Source of the DNA: Candidatus Moranbacteria bacterium RIFCSPHIGHO2_01_FULL_55_24
Lineage (GTDB): Bacteria; Patescibacteriota; Minisyncoccia; Moranbacterales; UBA1568
Assembly (NCBI GenBank): GCA_001786575.1
Contig: MFRW01000010.1
Span: forward strand, 1 to 51,091
Reading direction: 5' to 3'
Length of the DNA stretch: 51,091 bases
A program made the translations under genes and the position numbers. Shown here piece after piece: positions 27,736-37,415 of this stretch. The notes under the pieces are model-generated. The model was not told where the DNA came from. It ran no database searches and saw only the letters and a list, made by a program, of their open reading frames with translations. The stretch's first letter is position 1. Every line of letters begins with the position of its first letter.

Positions 27736-27956
27736 TTTCCAAAAGAAAACAGCTCTCGCAAGAGAGCTGTTTTTTTGTCGCTCATAATTCCTCTTGACAA
27801 GATCGGGGAAAGAGCCGAAAACGTGGTGTATACTTGAAGTAAGAAATAGCGCAAAGCCATTTCTCAAAGTACTTTCGATGCGAATGACGCGGCTGCGCAA
27901 GCGAGGTCGATGCGGCCCGTCCCAGGGATTATCATTCACTTATAACTTTCAAGTCT

Positions 27957-28325
27957 ATGGACAAAACAATTGTTACCATTCTCGGTGTCGTTTTTTTGGC
28001 TATCGGAGTTTTGGGCTTTGTGAACGACCCGCTTCTTGGTATTTTCGAGGTTGATGCGCTGCACAATATCATCCATATCATTTCCGGCGCTCTGGCGCTC
28101 GTGGCAGTGAGCATGGGTGCGAGTGCCACCCGGCTATTCTGCCGAGTGTTCGGTATCGTGTACGGCTTAGTGGCGGTCCTGGGCTTCCTCATGCCTGGAG
28201 ACATGATCTTAGGTCTGTTCGAAGCCAACCTGGCAGACGACGTGCTGCATCTGGTCTTGGCAGTCATATTCCTGTACTTGGGCTTCGGCCGCGGCCAGTC
28301 CTCGCAGGCACCGATGTCGGTATAG
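27957..28325 (+). CDS. DUF4383-like membrane protein
   Basis: GIFEVDALHNIIHIISG, FGIVYGLVAVLG, NLADDVLHL. Confidence 0.8.
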   Translation: MDKTIVTILGVVFLAIGVLGFVNDPLLGIFEVDALHNIIHIISGALALVAVSMGASATRLFCRVFGIVYGLVAVLGFLMPGDMILGLFEANLADDVLHLVLAVIFLYLGFGRGQSSQAPMSV

Positions 28326-28340
28326 TCCTCTTCCGGAAAG

Positions 28341-28374
28341 AAAAAACTCCCTCAAATCGAGGGAGTTTTGTTTT
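28341..28374. terminator. Bidirectional terminator
   Basis: AAAACTCCCTC-aaatc-GAGGGAGTTTT. Confidence 0.8.
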
Positions 28375-28578
28375 GGCGGAGAGGGAGGGATTGAACGCGG
28401 ATCCGCCATTAGGCGAATCCTTCTGAGAACCCACGGTTCTCAGCGGCCTAAAGGCCTGCTCTCCTCCAACGGAAAACTCCCGTTTTCCGACCCTTTCCCC
28501 GTTCGAATCCATCCTACAGCAAAAGCAAAAATGACGCCACGAGGGCGTCATTCTTTACTTGGCGGAGAGGGAGGGATT
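28373..28578. mobile_element. tRNA-Ser-linked mini-element bounded by 20-bp direct repeats of the tRNA 3' end
   Basis: TTGGCGGAGAGGGAGGGATT at 28373-28392 and 28559-28578; interior of consecutive hairpins plus an inverted T-arm copy. Confidence 0.65.
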
Positions 28579-28649
28579 CGAACCCTCGATGAGTTTTACC
28601 CCATGCCACGTTAGCAGTGTGGTGCCTTCAGCCGCTCGGCCACCTCTCC
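28560..28649 (-). tRNA. tRNA-Ser(GCT)
   Basis: Anticodon loop CT-GCT-AA, long variable arm, encoded GCCA end. Confidence 0.97.
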
Positions 28650-28695
28650 AATCGCATCTTGTATAGCCTACCAATGATGAGGAAAGAAATCAAGA

Positions 28696-29403
28696 CTACT
28701 TCGCTACGACGATCCCATAAACCCGTTTGGCACCGGCTTTTTTGAGGACTTTGGCACATTCGGTGAGGGTAGTGGCGGTGGTAGCGACATCGTCGACAAG
28801 CCAGAGAGTCTTGCCCCGGATCTGACGCTTGGTGTCCGGGAGCGTCGCGAAAGCGCCGGAAAGATTGGCGAGACGTTCTTCGCGGGAACGGGTTTTCTGC
28901 TGGGGCTTGGTGTGTCGGGTGCGTGTCAGGGTGGGGAGGACCGGAACGATAGCTGCTCCCGGCGTGAGAAGCGGCGCCAAGCGTTCGGCGAGGATTTGTG
29001 ACTGGTTGAATCCGCGGAAACGCAGGCGGCGGGGGTGGAGCGGGACGAAAGAAAGGATGTCCGGGAGCGGGAGCGGCGACTGGAGAAGGGTCCGGGCGAG
29101 CAGTTCCGCGAGCGGAATGCCGGTATCCGGAATGAAACGATATTTGTAAGTGTGGATGAGTTTTCTGACGATCGGGAGCCGATAGTCGGTGGCGGCCAAG
29201 ATGCCGTCGAGCGGGGAATGAGGGGAATCGAAAGGGTCTCTCGCGAGCGGCGCGGGGATGCTCGGGGTGATTTTCCGGAAGCAGGTCTCGCAGAGCCATT
29301 TATCGGGAGCGCCGCATCCGAGGCAAGCGAGTGGGAAAAAAGCGTCCAGAAACATTTTTCGCAGGCGCTCTTTTCGAGAGAGAAGGGTACGTATCAGCGG
29401 CAC
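28696..29403 (-). CDS. comF: ComF family competence protein (start may be the downstream MFLDAFFP)
   Basis: CxxC...CxxC, VPLHPRRLRFRGFNQS, LVDDVATTATT phosphoribosyltransferase-like motif. Confidence 0.92.
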   Translation of the reverse strand: MPLIRTLLSRKERLRKMFLDAFFPLACLGCGAPDKWLCETCFRKITPSIPAPLARDPFDSPHSPLDGILAATDYRLPIVRKLIHTYKYRFIPDTGIPLAELLARTLLQSPLPLPDILSFVPLHPRRLRFRGFNQSQILAERLAPLLTPGAAIVPVLPTLTRTRHTKPQQKTRSREERLANLSGAFATLPDTKRQIRGKTLWLVDDVATTATTLTECAKVLKKAGAKRVYGIVVAK

Positions 29404-31859
29404 ATGATCGAATCATTGCTTACCTCTAGGCGGAGCTTCTTGGCAGCAGGGCGTTCTATCAGGGCTATCGCTACCGGCTTCTCGACGTGTTCTTCGAGGA
29501 TCTTCCGGACCAGGCGCGCGCCCTGCTCTTTGGAGAAGCTCTTCTCGGCGAGGAAGCGCGGCACGGCCGGGGCGATCGAGAGGGTGATGCCTTTCTCTTT
29601 GAGGCGGGAGACGAAGCGTTTCAGTTCGTTCTTTACGATCTTCTGGACAGCCACTTTGTCGAGCGGTTGGAATATGACGGTGTGGTCGAGGCGCGCCAGG
29701 AGTTCGGGACGCATCTCTTTTTTCAGGTTAGCGAGAACAGACTCGCGCTTCTCGATGAGGTTTTCGAGAGCGCCTTCTTTGGCGAATCCGAAACGGGTGT
29801 CCTTGGTGAAGATTTCCGTCCCGACGTTCGAAGTGAGGACGATCAAGGTGTTCCGGAAGCTCACTTTGCGGCCTTCGGCATCGGTCAATTGTCCCTCATC
29901 GAGGATCTGGAGGAGAATATTGAAGACATCCGGATGTGCCTTCTCGATCTCATCGAAGAGAACGATGGCATAGGGCTTGCGACGGACTTGCTCGGTGAGC
30001 TTGCCGCCTTCGCCATAGCCCACATAGCCGGCCGGTGCGCCGAGGATCTGCGCGACGCTGTGCCGCTCCATGAACTCGCTCATGTCGAGGCGGATGAGCG
30101 CTTTCTGGTCGCCGAAAAATTCCTGGGCGAGGACATTCGCGACTAGGGTTTTTCCGACGCCGGTCGGGCCCAAGAACAGGAAGGAGCCGAGCGGGCGGCG
30201 CGGATCGTGGATATTGCTTAGCGAGCGGAGCAAGACATTCTCGACCGTATCGAGCGCTTCGCTCTGGCCGATGACGTGCCGGGCGAGCGCCTTCCGGAGC
30301 CGCTCCAGCCGCTCTTTCGGGTTTTCGGAACGCAGTTTCTCGAGAGGGATATTCGAGATGCGGGAAAGGGTCACGAGCACTTGCTCGAGAGTGACCACGG
30401 GAATATTCTCTTTCGGAGTATCCGCATGCTCTTTCAGTTTGCCGAGTTTCTTCTCGAGAGCCTTGGCCTGGTTGTGCCACTTGGCGGCCTCATCGTAGGC
30501 TTCTTTCTGGATGAGGGATTCTTTGAGATCGATCACGTGTTTCAATTCCTGCTCCAGCTTGGCGCGGGACCGGTTTTTGGAGGTCGTGGAGCCGGATTGC
30601 TTCGCGAGGGTAGCGGCCTCGTCGATGATGTCGAGAGCCTTGTCGGGAAGGAAGCGGTCGCTTATATGGCGCACGGAAAGGTCGACCACCAGAGAGATGA
30701 GGTTATCCGGAAAGCTGACGCCGTGGAAGGCCTCGTAGGCAGGCTTGGCCGCCCGAAGCATGGCCTTGCTCGTTTCCGGAGACGGTTCCTCGATGAACAC
30801 CGACTGGAAACGGCGCTCAAGGGCCGGGTCTTTCTCGATATGGCGCTTGTATTCGGTAAAGGTGGTGGCGCCGATGCACTGGATGTCGCCGCGCGCGAGC
30901 GCCGGCTTCAGGATGTTGGCCGCATCCAGGCCACCGGAAGTATTGCCGGCACCGACGATAGTGTGGATCTCGTCGATGAAGAGGATGACATCGGGGTGCT
31001 CGGAAGCTTCGCGGATGATGTCCTTCAGGCGCGCTTCGAATTCGCCGCGGAAATTGGTTCCGGCGACTACGAGTGCCAGGTCGAGCGCGAAGATGCGCTT
31101 GCCGAGGAGCTGTTCAGGCACGTCTCCGGAGAGGATCTTCTCCGCGAGCTTCGTGACGAGAGCGGTCTTGCCGACGCCAGGCTCGCCCAAGAGGAGCGGA
31201 TTGCTCTTGTGCTTGCGGAGCAGGATCTGGATGACTCTGCCGAGCTCGGCCTCGCGGCCGAAGAGAATCTGGTTCCGCTGGTGCTTCGGGTGCGAAAGGT
31301 CGATGGCGTATTGGCGGAGCGTGGCGAGGTCTCCGGTGTCGCGCGGCTTGGCCTTGGGGCCGAGGGTCTCCGGCATGTCGAACATCTTGGAGAGTTCGGG
31401 GAAGTGTTCGAAATTCATATGGGATGCCAGGGTCGCTTCGATCTTCTTCTCGTCTATTTCCAGCGTGATGAAGATCTCGTCGAGAATGGGGTGTTCGGAC
31501 TCTATGAGGGCGTAGACCAGGTGTTCGGTACCGACATAGGGGAAGTGGAACTGGTTGGCGATGGCGTACGCACGCTTCATGATCTCCTTGAGAGTATCTG
31601 AAGGCGCGATGGTATCTGTCGCAGGAAGGGTCTTGCCGCGGCTCTTCTTGCGCAGGCAGAGCTTGGCGAGCTTTTCTTTTTCGAAACCCATGCCTTGGAG
31701 GAGGCTGTTTCCCAGGCTTCCGTGTTCCATGAAGATGGCCAGGAGCAGATGCTCGGGCTCGACGGAACGGCTGCGGGTGTAGCGGGCGATATCGCGCGCT
31801 TCCTTCATGCTGTGCCGTGCGTGGAAGGTCAGTTTGTGACTGAAAAGCGTTTCTGACAT
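29394..31859 (-). CDS. clpC: ATP-dependent Clp protease ATP-binding subunit
   Basis: Clp-N repeats (EHLL, GTEHL), GEPGVGKT, FIDEIH, UVR-like coil, GPTGVGKT, GYVGYGEGG; start ATG 31859 preferred. Confidence 0.93.
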   Translation of the reverse strand: MSETLFSHKLTFHARHSMKEARDIARYTRSRSVEPEHLLLAIFMEHGSLGNSLLQGMGFEKEKLAKLCLRKKSRGKTLPATDTIAPSDTLKEIMKRAYAIANQFHFPYVGTEHLVYALIESEHPILDEIFITLEIDEKKIEATLASHMNFEHFPELSKMFDMPETLGPKAKPRDTGDLATLRQYAIDLSHPKHQRNQILFGREAELGRVIQILLRKHKSNPLLLGEPGVGKTALVTKLAEKILSGDVPEQLLGKRIFALDLALVVAGTNFRGEFEARLKDIIREASEHPDVILFIDEIHTIVGAGNTSGGLDAANILKPALARGDIQCIGATTFTEYKRHIEKDPALERRFQSVFIEEPSPETSKAMLRAAKPAYEAFHGVSFPDNLISLVVDLSVRHISDRFLPDKALDIIDEAATLAKQSGSTTSKNRSRAKLEQELKHVIDLKESLIQKEAYDEAAKWHNQAKALEKKLGKLKEHADTPKENIPVVTLEQVLVTLSRISNIPLEKLRSENPKERLERLRKALARHVIGQSEALDTVENVLLRSLSNIHDPRRPLGSFLFLGPTGVGKTLVANVLAQEFFGDQKALIRLDMSEFMERHSVAQILGAPAGYVGYGEGGKLTEQVRRKPYAIVLFDEIEKAHPDVFNILLQILDEGQLTDAEGRKVSFRNTLIVLTSNVGTEIFTKDTRFGFAKEGALENLIEKRESVLANLKKEMRPELLARLDHTVIFQPLDKVAVQKIVKNELKRFVSRLKEKGITLSIAPAVPRFLAEKSFSKEQGARLVRKILEEHVEKPVAIALIERPAAKKLRLEVSNDSIMCR

Positions 31860-31999
31860 AGGTGAAAGATCATGCTTCATTGTATTTTCCGGAGAGGTTT
31901 CTGTCAATTCGGTAAGAAAGGGGAAATAGCCTGTTTCAAAGCTTCCTCCATCGCCGGAATTATGCTATTTTATAGGTATCAAAAAGCAATAGAAAAAAC

Positions 32000-33106
32000 A
32001 TGTTCGGTTTTTCAAAACCTTCCTACCTTGGTATTGATTTCGGTACCTCTTCTATCAAGGCGGTGGAACTGACAGAAAAAGACGGCGCCGTACAGCTTCT
32101 CAATTACGGCCAGGTGAGTTTGGCACAGCTGGAAAACGGGGTCACGGGATCCGGGCGTTCTTATGACGAGGAGGTCGGATTGTATCTGCGGGCCCTTCTG
32201 GAGAAGCTCAAGCCCAAGACGCACTCCGCTTTTGTCGCGATGCCGGCGTTCATCGGGCTCATCTCGCTCATCGAACTCCCCGAGATGGAAGAACATGAGC
32301 TGGAAGAAGCGGTGCAATTCGAAGCGCATCGCTACATCCCGTCTTCGCTCGAAGACATAGCGCTTAGCTGGGAAGTAGTCGGTACGCGCAAGGCGACGGA
32401 CGGCAGCGGTCCGAAGCTGGAGATACTCGTCGTGGCGGCGCTCAAGAAAGAAGTCGAGCGCTATCGCGGCTATGTTATGGCAGCGGGCCTCAAAATGGAT
32501 TTTCTGGAGCTGGAAACGTTTTCTCTCGTCCGTTCAATCGTGGGACATGAGACGGGACTGGTCTTGGTTATCGACATCGGCTCGCGGGCGACCAATCTCG
32601 TCTTGGCGGAAAACGGTATCGTGCGTGTCAGCCGCAATCTCGATGCCGGCGGCAAGGATGTCACGCGGACGCTCGCCGAAGGCTTGGACATCACTCCCGA
32701 CCGGGCCGAGAGTCTCAAGAAGAGCGGCAAAGACTTCCTCAATCAGCCGGAATCCGCCCTGGTCTTCCCGGTACTCGATATGATCTCCAATGAAGCCAAG
32801 AGAATGCTCGATTCATACAAGGCGAAGTATCCGGATGCGGAGTGCCGGCAGGTGATCCTCTCCGGCGGCACGGCGTACTTCGTAGGGCTGACTGATTATT
32901 ACACGCGCCAGCTGGGCATACCGGTCGCGATCGGTAACCCGTGGCAGAGAATCCAACACACACCGAAACAGAAAGAGCAGATCGAAAGTCTCGGGACATC
33001 ATTTTCCGTGGCGCTCGGATTGGCATTGAGCGGACTCGATGTGAAAAAAGAAGAGCAGAAGAAAGAAGGCTCTTCGCTCAAGAAATTCCTTAACAAGAAG
33101 CTGTAA
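32000..33106 (+). CDS. pilM: Type IV pilus assembly protein PilM
   Basis: LGIDFGTSSIKAVEL, FEAHRYIP, IDIGSRAT, ILSGGTA, VALGLAL actin-like fold. Confidence 0.95.
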   Translation: MFGFSKPSYLGIDFGTSSIKAVELTEKDGAVQLLNYGQVSLAQLENGVTGSGRSYDEEVGLYLRALLEKLKPKTHSAFVAMPAFIGLISLIELPEMEEHELEEAVQFEAHRYIPSSLEDIALSWEVVGTRKATDGSGPKLEILVVAALKKEVERYRGYVMAAGLKMDFLELETFSLVRSIVGHETGLVLVIDIGSRATNLVLAENGIVRVSRNLDAGGKDVTRTLAEGLDITPDRAESLKKSGKDFLNQPESALVFPVLDMISNEAKRMLDSYKAKYPDAECRQVILSGGTAYFVGLTDYYTRQLGIPVAIGNPWQRIQHTPKQKEQIESLGTSFSVALGLALSGLDVKKEEQKKEGSSLKKFLNKKL

Positions 33107-33151
33107 GCTAAAAAGCGATAAAAATAAACATAAACATTGAGACATACGTCC

Positions 33152-33715
33152 ATGGCTGGCATCAACCTTTCACAATCATTCGGGGAGAAGCGGACATCCT
33201 CCAAGCAGAGCCTCTTCGACAAGGGGTTCATGTTCGTGGTGGTTTTGGCGCTTATCGTCGCCGCGATCTGGGGCGGTATCCGCTGGTTCCTCTACTCTAC
33301 AGACCAGAAGATAGCGGGTCTTCAGGGAACGATAGACAGTGCGAATGCCGATCTCCTGGGCGAGGATGTCGACCGTATCGTCGATCGCGACACGCGCCTC
33401 ACGAATATCAGTGCAGCGGAGGGTAAGGACGCGGATACGGCTGCTCTGTTCTCGCAGCTGGAGCGCCTGACCGTGCCGGAGGTGCATCTGACGCTCTATG
33501 AATACGATCATGAAGAAGGGAAAGTGGCGGTTTCCGGCCTGACGGATAATTTCAAGTTTCTGGCGCAGCAGATCATCAGTTTCAAGAGCGAGGCGCCGTT
33601 CGGAAATATCCGAGTCGACAAGATCGTGAATACCAAAGACGGAAAGATCGCCTTCACGCTGATGGCGGATATCAAAGAAGAGACAGCAGCTTCCTCTTTG
33701 CCAACATCAAACTAA
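33152..33715 (+). CDS. PilN-like protein
   Basis: INL motif then single TM and coiled coil; follows pilM. Confidence 0.7.
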   Translation: MAGINLSQSFGEKRTSSKQSLFDKGFMFVVVLALIVAAIWGGIRWFLYSTDQKIAGLQGTIDSANADLLGEDVDRIVDRDTRLTNISAAEGKDADTAALFSQLERLTVPEVHLTLYEYDHEEGKVAVSGLTDNFKFLAQQIISFKSEAPFGNIRVDKIVNTKDGKIAFTLMADIKEETAASSLPTSN

Positions 33716-33725
33716 AAAGACGCCT

Positions 33726-34541
33726 ATGCAACTCAAACTTCTCATCGTTCCGTCGCTCATCATCATCTCGATCATTCTGATCATCGGATTCATCAAGCCC
33801 GACTACGACACGCTCAAGATCAAGCGTGCGACACTCGTCCAGAAAGAGACGGAGGCTGCCAATGTCGCGACGATCATCGCGAATGTCAAGCAACTGAACG
33901 CTTCGCTCGATGCCGACCAGGAAACCGAAAGCTTCATTCTCCGGTATTATCCGGATTCTATCGACCAGGGACGCGTTATCGATGCCTTCAACTTCCTGGC
34001 CTTGCAATCAGGGCTCGTCATCACCAGCGTGGAGCTGAAGGAGCTGCCTCCGGTAGCGATTGAAGAAGCTATTCAGAACGTGCCGATGACTTCGCTCCAG
34101 GGGGGTGCCACGGACCCATCGCTTGCCGGATCCGAAATCCCGCCCGTTCCCCAGTACCAGGCTCCGCGCCCGCGTTCCTACACCGCACTCGTCAAGGCGC
34201 GCGGATCCTATGAGAACGTCAAAGGATTCGTAGAGCGGATGATGCGCTTGGATCGGATCCATGGTATGAAGAACTTCTCTGTCGGGCTGAATGAGGAGGC
34301 ACTCCGCACGATCGATGCCGGCGAGGCCGTGTCGGAAGAAGCCGCTTCCGAACTGGTCGTGATGTTCGAGACGCGCTTCGACTATCTGCCGGCCCAGAAA
34401 ATGGTGAATGCGCTCCACGTCCCGGTCTTTGAGAAAGGGTCTCTGGATTTCGCAGCTGCCAAAGAGGCGATGACGCGCGCTACTTCCGCAGTACCCGACC
34501 TCGACAAAGGACAGACCGGAAAGCCGAACCCATTCCAGTAA
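33726..34541 (+). CDS. PilO-like protein
   Basis: Single TM, coiled coil, GSYENVKGFVERM..LDRI motif, NPF end. Confidence 0.7.
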   Translation: MQLKLLIVPSLIIISIILIIGFIKPDYDTLKIKRATLVQKETEAANVATIIANVKQLNASLDADQETESFILRYYPDSIDQGRVIDAFNFLALQSGLVITSVELKELPPVAIEEAIQNVPMTSLQGGATDPSLAGSEIPPVPQYQAPRPRSYTALVKARGSYENVKGFVERMMRLDRIHGMKNFSVGLNEEALRTIDAGEAVSEEAASELVVMFETRFDYLPAQKMVNALHVPVFEKGSLDFAAAKEAMTRATSAVPDLDKGQTGKPNPFQ

Positions 34542-34571
34542 ACATTCTTCCTATCCATTCTCCTATCTCTC

Positions 34572-36272
34572 ATGGCGGCTGAAGACATACAGAAACAATC
34601 CGAAGCGGCTCTGCCCGAGCAAAGCAAGGCTGCTCCCGTACCAGGAGCCGGCCCGCTTGCGGCGCAGGCTAAGGCGCTTGGTGTTCCTTATCTGGACGCC
34701 ACTCCGCGGGATTTCGATAAGACGGTCTTGAATGTCATTCCCGAGGAAGCGGCCAAGAAATACGGCATGATCCCGTTCAAGAAGGTCGGGGACACGCTGT
34801 CGGTGGCGATGCTCAACCCGCAGAACTTCGAGGCGCTGAACGTTCTGCGCTTCCTGGCGGAAAAGGAGCATGTCGGCATAGAAGTCTATCTGACTGACCA
34901 GGATGTCTTTGCCAATATCATCAAGCAGTACACGGGGACAGACAGCGCTCTCAAAGAAGCCATCCTGTCGCTCAAGAAGGAAGACGAACTCCAATTGCAG
35001 GTGAGCCAGGAAAAGAAAGTGAGCAAGGAAGCGGAGGTCTTCCAGGATGCGCCGATCGCGAAACTAGTCGAAGTGATCGTCCAGCATGCGTTGGACGGTC
35101 GCGCGAGCGATATTCACATCGAACCGATCGAAGGAAGCTATCGTGTACGCTTCCGGATCGACGGTATCCTGCGATCGCAGCTCGTGTTTCCCGTCGAAGT
35201 GGGAAGGGCGGTGATCTCGCGCATCAAAATCCTTTCGAACCTGAAGATCGATGAGAAGCGCAAGCCGCAGGACGGCCGCATCCGTTTCGAGAATGCCGAT
35301 GGCAGCTTCATCGACCTGCGTATCTCGAGCCTTCCGGTCATGGAAGGAGAAAAGATAGTGATGCGTGTTCTCGACAAGAGTTCGAACGTGGCTGACCTCG
35401 ATAAGCTGGGCCTCTGGGGGCGTGCCCGGACGATCCTGGAGCGCAAGATCCGCGAACCGTTCGGGATCATCCTCATCACCGGTCCGACCGGTTCCGGAAA
35501 GTCGACTTCTCTTTATGCGTTCCTCCAGATCTTGAACAAGGAAGAGCGCAACATCATCACGCTCGAAGACCCGGTGGAATACTTCGTCGAAGGCATCAAC
35601 CAGAGCCAGATCAAACCGGAAATAGGATATACGTTCGCGAGCGGACTGCGCTCTATCCTGCGTCAGGACCCGAACGTCATCATGGTAGGAGAAATCCGCG
35701 ACGGCGAAACGGCCGAACTCGCGATCCATGCGGCGCTCACGGGACACCTGGTGCTTTCGACCCTCCATACGAACGATGCGGTCGGGTCTATTCCCCGTCT
35801 GATAGATATGGGCATCGAGCCTTTCCTGCTTTCCTCTTCGCTCGAAGCGGTAGCAGCGCAGCGTCTCGTGCGGCGCATCTGCGAGAACTGCAAAGTAGAG
35901 CAGGAGCTCACTCCCGGCCAGCGGGAAATGTTCCGCAAAGTGTTCGAAGAGATCCCGGACGAAGAAGTGAAGCTCTACGAGCTCCAGCCGAACATGCAAA
36001 TCACCGTTTACAAGGGCAAGGGCTGCGAACAGTGCGGGAACTCCGGATACAAGGGCCGTATCGCTATCTATGAAGTGATCGACGTGGATGACGAGATGCA
36101 TCTGATCATTTCCGACAAGCATGGCAATGAGGGCGAAGTGCGCAAGGCGGCCGCGCACCAGGGCATGATTACCATGAAGCAGGACGGCATCCTCAAGGTC
36201 TTGAAGGGCATTACGACGCTTGCAGAAGTGGAGCGCGTCACTGAAGGGAAAATCCTGGTCGATGAAGAGTAG
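34572..36272 (+). CDS. pilB: Type IV pilus extension ATPase PilB/GspE
   Basis: ASDIHIEP, PQDGR, GPTGSGKST, EDPVEY, LRQDPN, HLVLSTLHTN, tetra-Cys motif. Confidence 0.95.
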   Translation: MAAEDIQKQSEAALPEQSKAAPVPGAGPLAAQAKALGVPYLDATPRDFDKTVLNVIPEEAAKKYGMIPFKKVGDTLSVAMLNPQNFEALNVLRFLAEKEHVGIEVYLTDQDVFANIIKQYTGTDSALKEAILSLKKEDELQLQVSQEKKVSKEAEVFQDAPIAKLVEVIVQHALDGRASDIHIEPIEGSYRVRFRIDGILRSQLVFPVEVGRAVISRIKILSNLKIDEKRKPQDGRIRFENADGSFIDLRISSLPVMEGEKIVMRVLDKSSNVADLDKLGLWGRARTILERKIREPFGIILITGPTGSGKSTSLYAFLQILNKEERNIITLEDPVEYFVEGINQSQIKPEIGYTFASGLRSILRQDPNVIMVGEIRDGETAELAIHAALTGHLVLSTLHTNDAVGSIPRLIDMGIEPFLLSSSLEAVAAQRLVRRICENCKVEQELTPGQREMFRKVFEEIPDEEVKLYELQPNMQITVYKGKGCEQCGNSGYKGRIAIYEVIDVDDEMHLIISDKHGNEGEVRKAAAHQGMITMKQDGILKVLKGITTLAEVERVTEGKILVDEE

Positions 36273-36321
36273 GATATGATATAGTGCCAGTGTACTGAAT
36301 ACAAAAACAAACTACGGGCTT

Positions 36322-37404
36322 ATGGAATCACTGCATGCGGAACAGCGAATGAAGAACCTGCTTCTCCTGGTGGGACAGCAGGGTGCCTCGGATCTCCACC
36401 TCGTCGTCGGGCGGTATCCGACGCTCCGAATCGATGGCAAATTGCATCCGATCACCCAGGAAAAAGTGCTGACGCCTGCCGATACGAAGGCGCTGTCCGA
36501 CATACTCCTCACCGAGGACAAGAAACAAGAGCTGCTCTCTGTCGGACATTCTGACTTTTCATACAATTTCGAGGACCGGGTGCGCTTCCGTACCAACGTG
36601 TTCTTCCAGAAAGGTTACGTGAGCGTTACTATGCGGTTCGTTATGGACCGGCTGCGCAACCTTGAAGAGCTCTCTATCCCGACTTCGCTCTACGACTTCA
36701 CCAACTATTCCCAGGGGCTCGTCCTCGTGACGGGGCCGGTAGGACACGGAAAGTCGACGACGCTCGCGGCTATCATCGACTACATCAACCACAATCTCGA
36801 GAAGCACATCCTGACCATCGAGGATCCGATCGAATTCGTCTACAATCAGGATCGCTGCATCATCAATCAGCGCGAAATCGGCCGGGATGCCAAAAACTTT
36901 CCGGACGCGCTCCGCGCAGTGTTCCGCGAGGACGTGAACGTGGTGCTCTTGGGAGAACTCCGCGATCTGGAGACCATCAGTACGGCTATGACGGCCGCAG
37001 AAACGGGACACCTCATCTTCGCGACGCTCCATACCAACGACTCGGCCCAGACTATCGATCGCGTGATCGACGTCTTTCCGGCGCACCAGCAGAACCAGAT
37101 CCGCGCGCAGCTGTCGAGCGTGCTTTTGGGAGTCGTCTCGCAGCGCCTCATTCCCAAGCAAGGAGGCGGCCGTGTGCCGGCCGTGGAAATCATGTTCAAG
37201 AACCATGCTGTCGAGAACCTCATCCGCGAAAACAAGGTGCATCAGATCGACTCGGTGATCGAGACAAGTCTCAAGGAGGGTATGGTTTCTCTCGACCGGG
37301 CGCTTGCCGATCTGGTACGCCGCGGGCTGGTCTCCCTGAATGACGCCTTCACCTACGCCAAGAACCGGGATTACCTCCAGATGCTCATCAGCAAGGATAA
37401 ATAA
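36322..37404 (+). CDS. pilT: Type IV pilus retraction ATPase PilT/PilU
   Basis: ASDLHL, GPVGHGKSTT, EDPIEF, AETGHL, VENLIRE (AIRNLIRE-like). Confidence 0.93.
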   Translation: MESLHAEQRMKNLLLLVGQQGASDLHLVVGRYPTLRIDGKLHPITQEKVLTPADTKALSDILLTEDKKQELLSVGHSDFSYNFEDRVRFRTNVFFQKGYVSVTMRFVMDRLRNLEELSIPTSLYDFTNYSQGLVLVTGPVGHGKSTTLAAIIDYINHNLEKHILTIEDPIEFVYNQDRCIINQREIGRDAKNFPDALRAVFREDVNVVLLGELRDLETISTAMTAAETGHLIFATLHTNDSAQTIDRVIDVFPAHQQNQIRAQLSSVLLGVVSQRLIPKQGGGRVPAVEIMFKNHAVENLIRENKVHQIDSVIETSLKEGMVSLDRALADLVRRGLVSLNDAFTYAKNRDYLQMLISKDK

Positions 37405-37415
37405 GGCAGGAACGT

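Noticed and set aside
31860..32000. Replication origin at the strand switch between clpC and pilM
   Set aside because: No DnaA boxes or dnaA/dnaN seen; an ordinary divergent promoter region.
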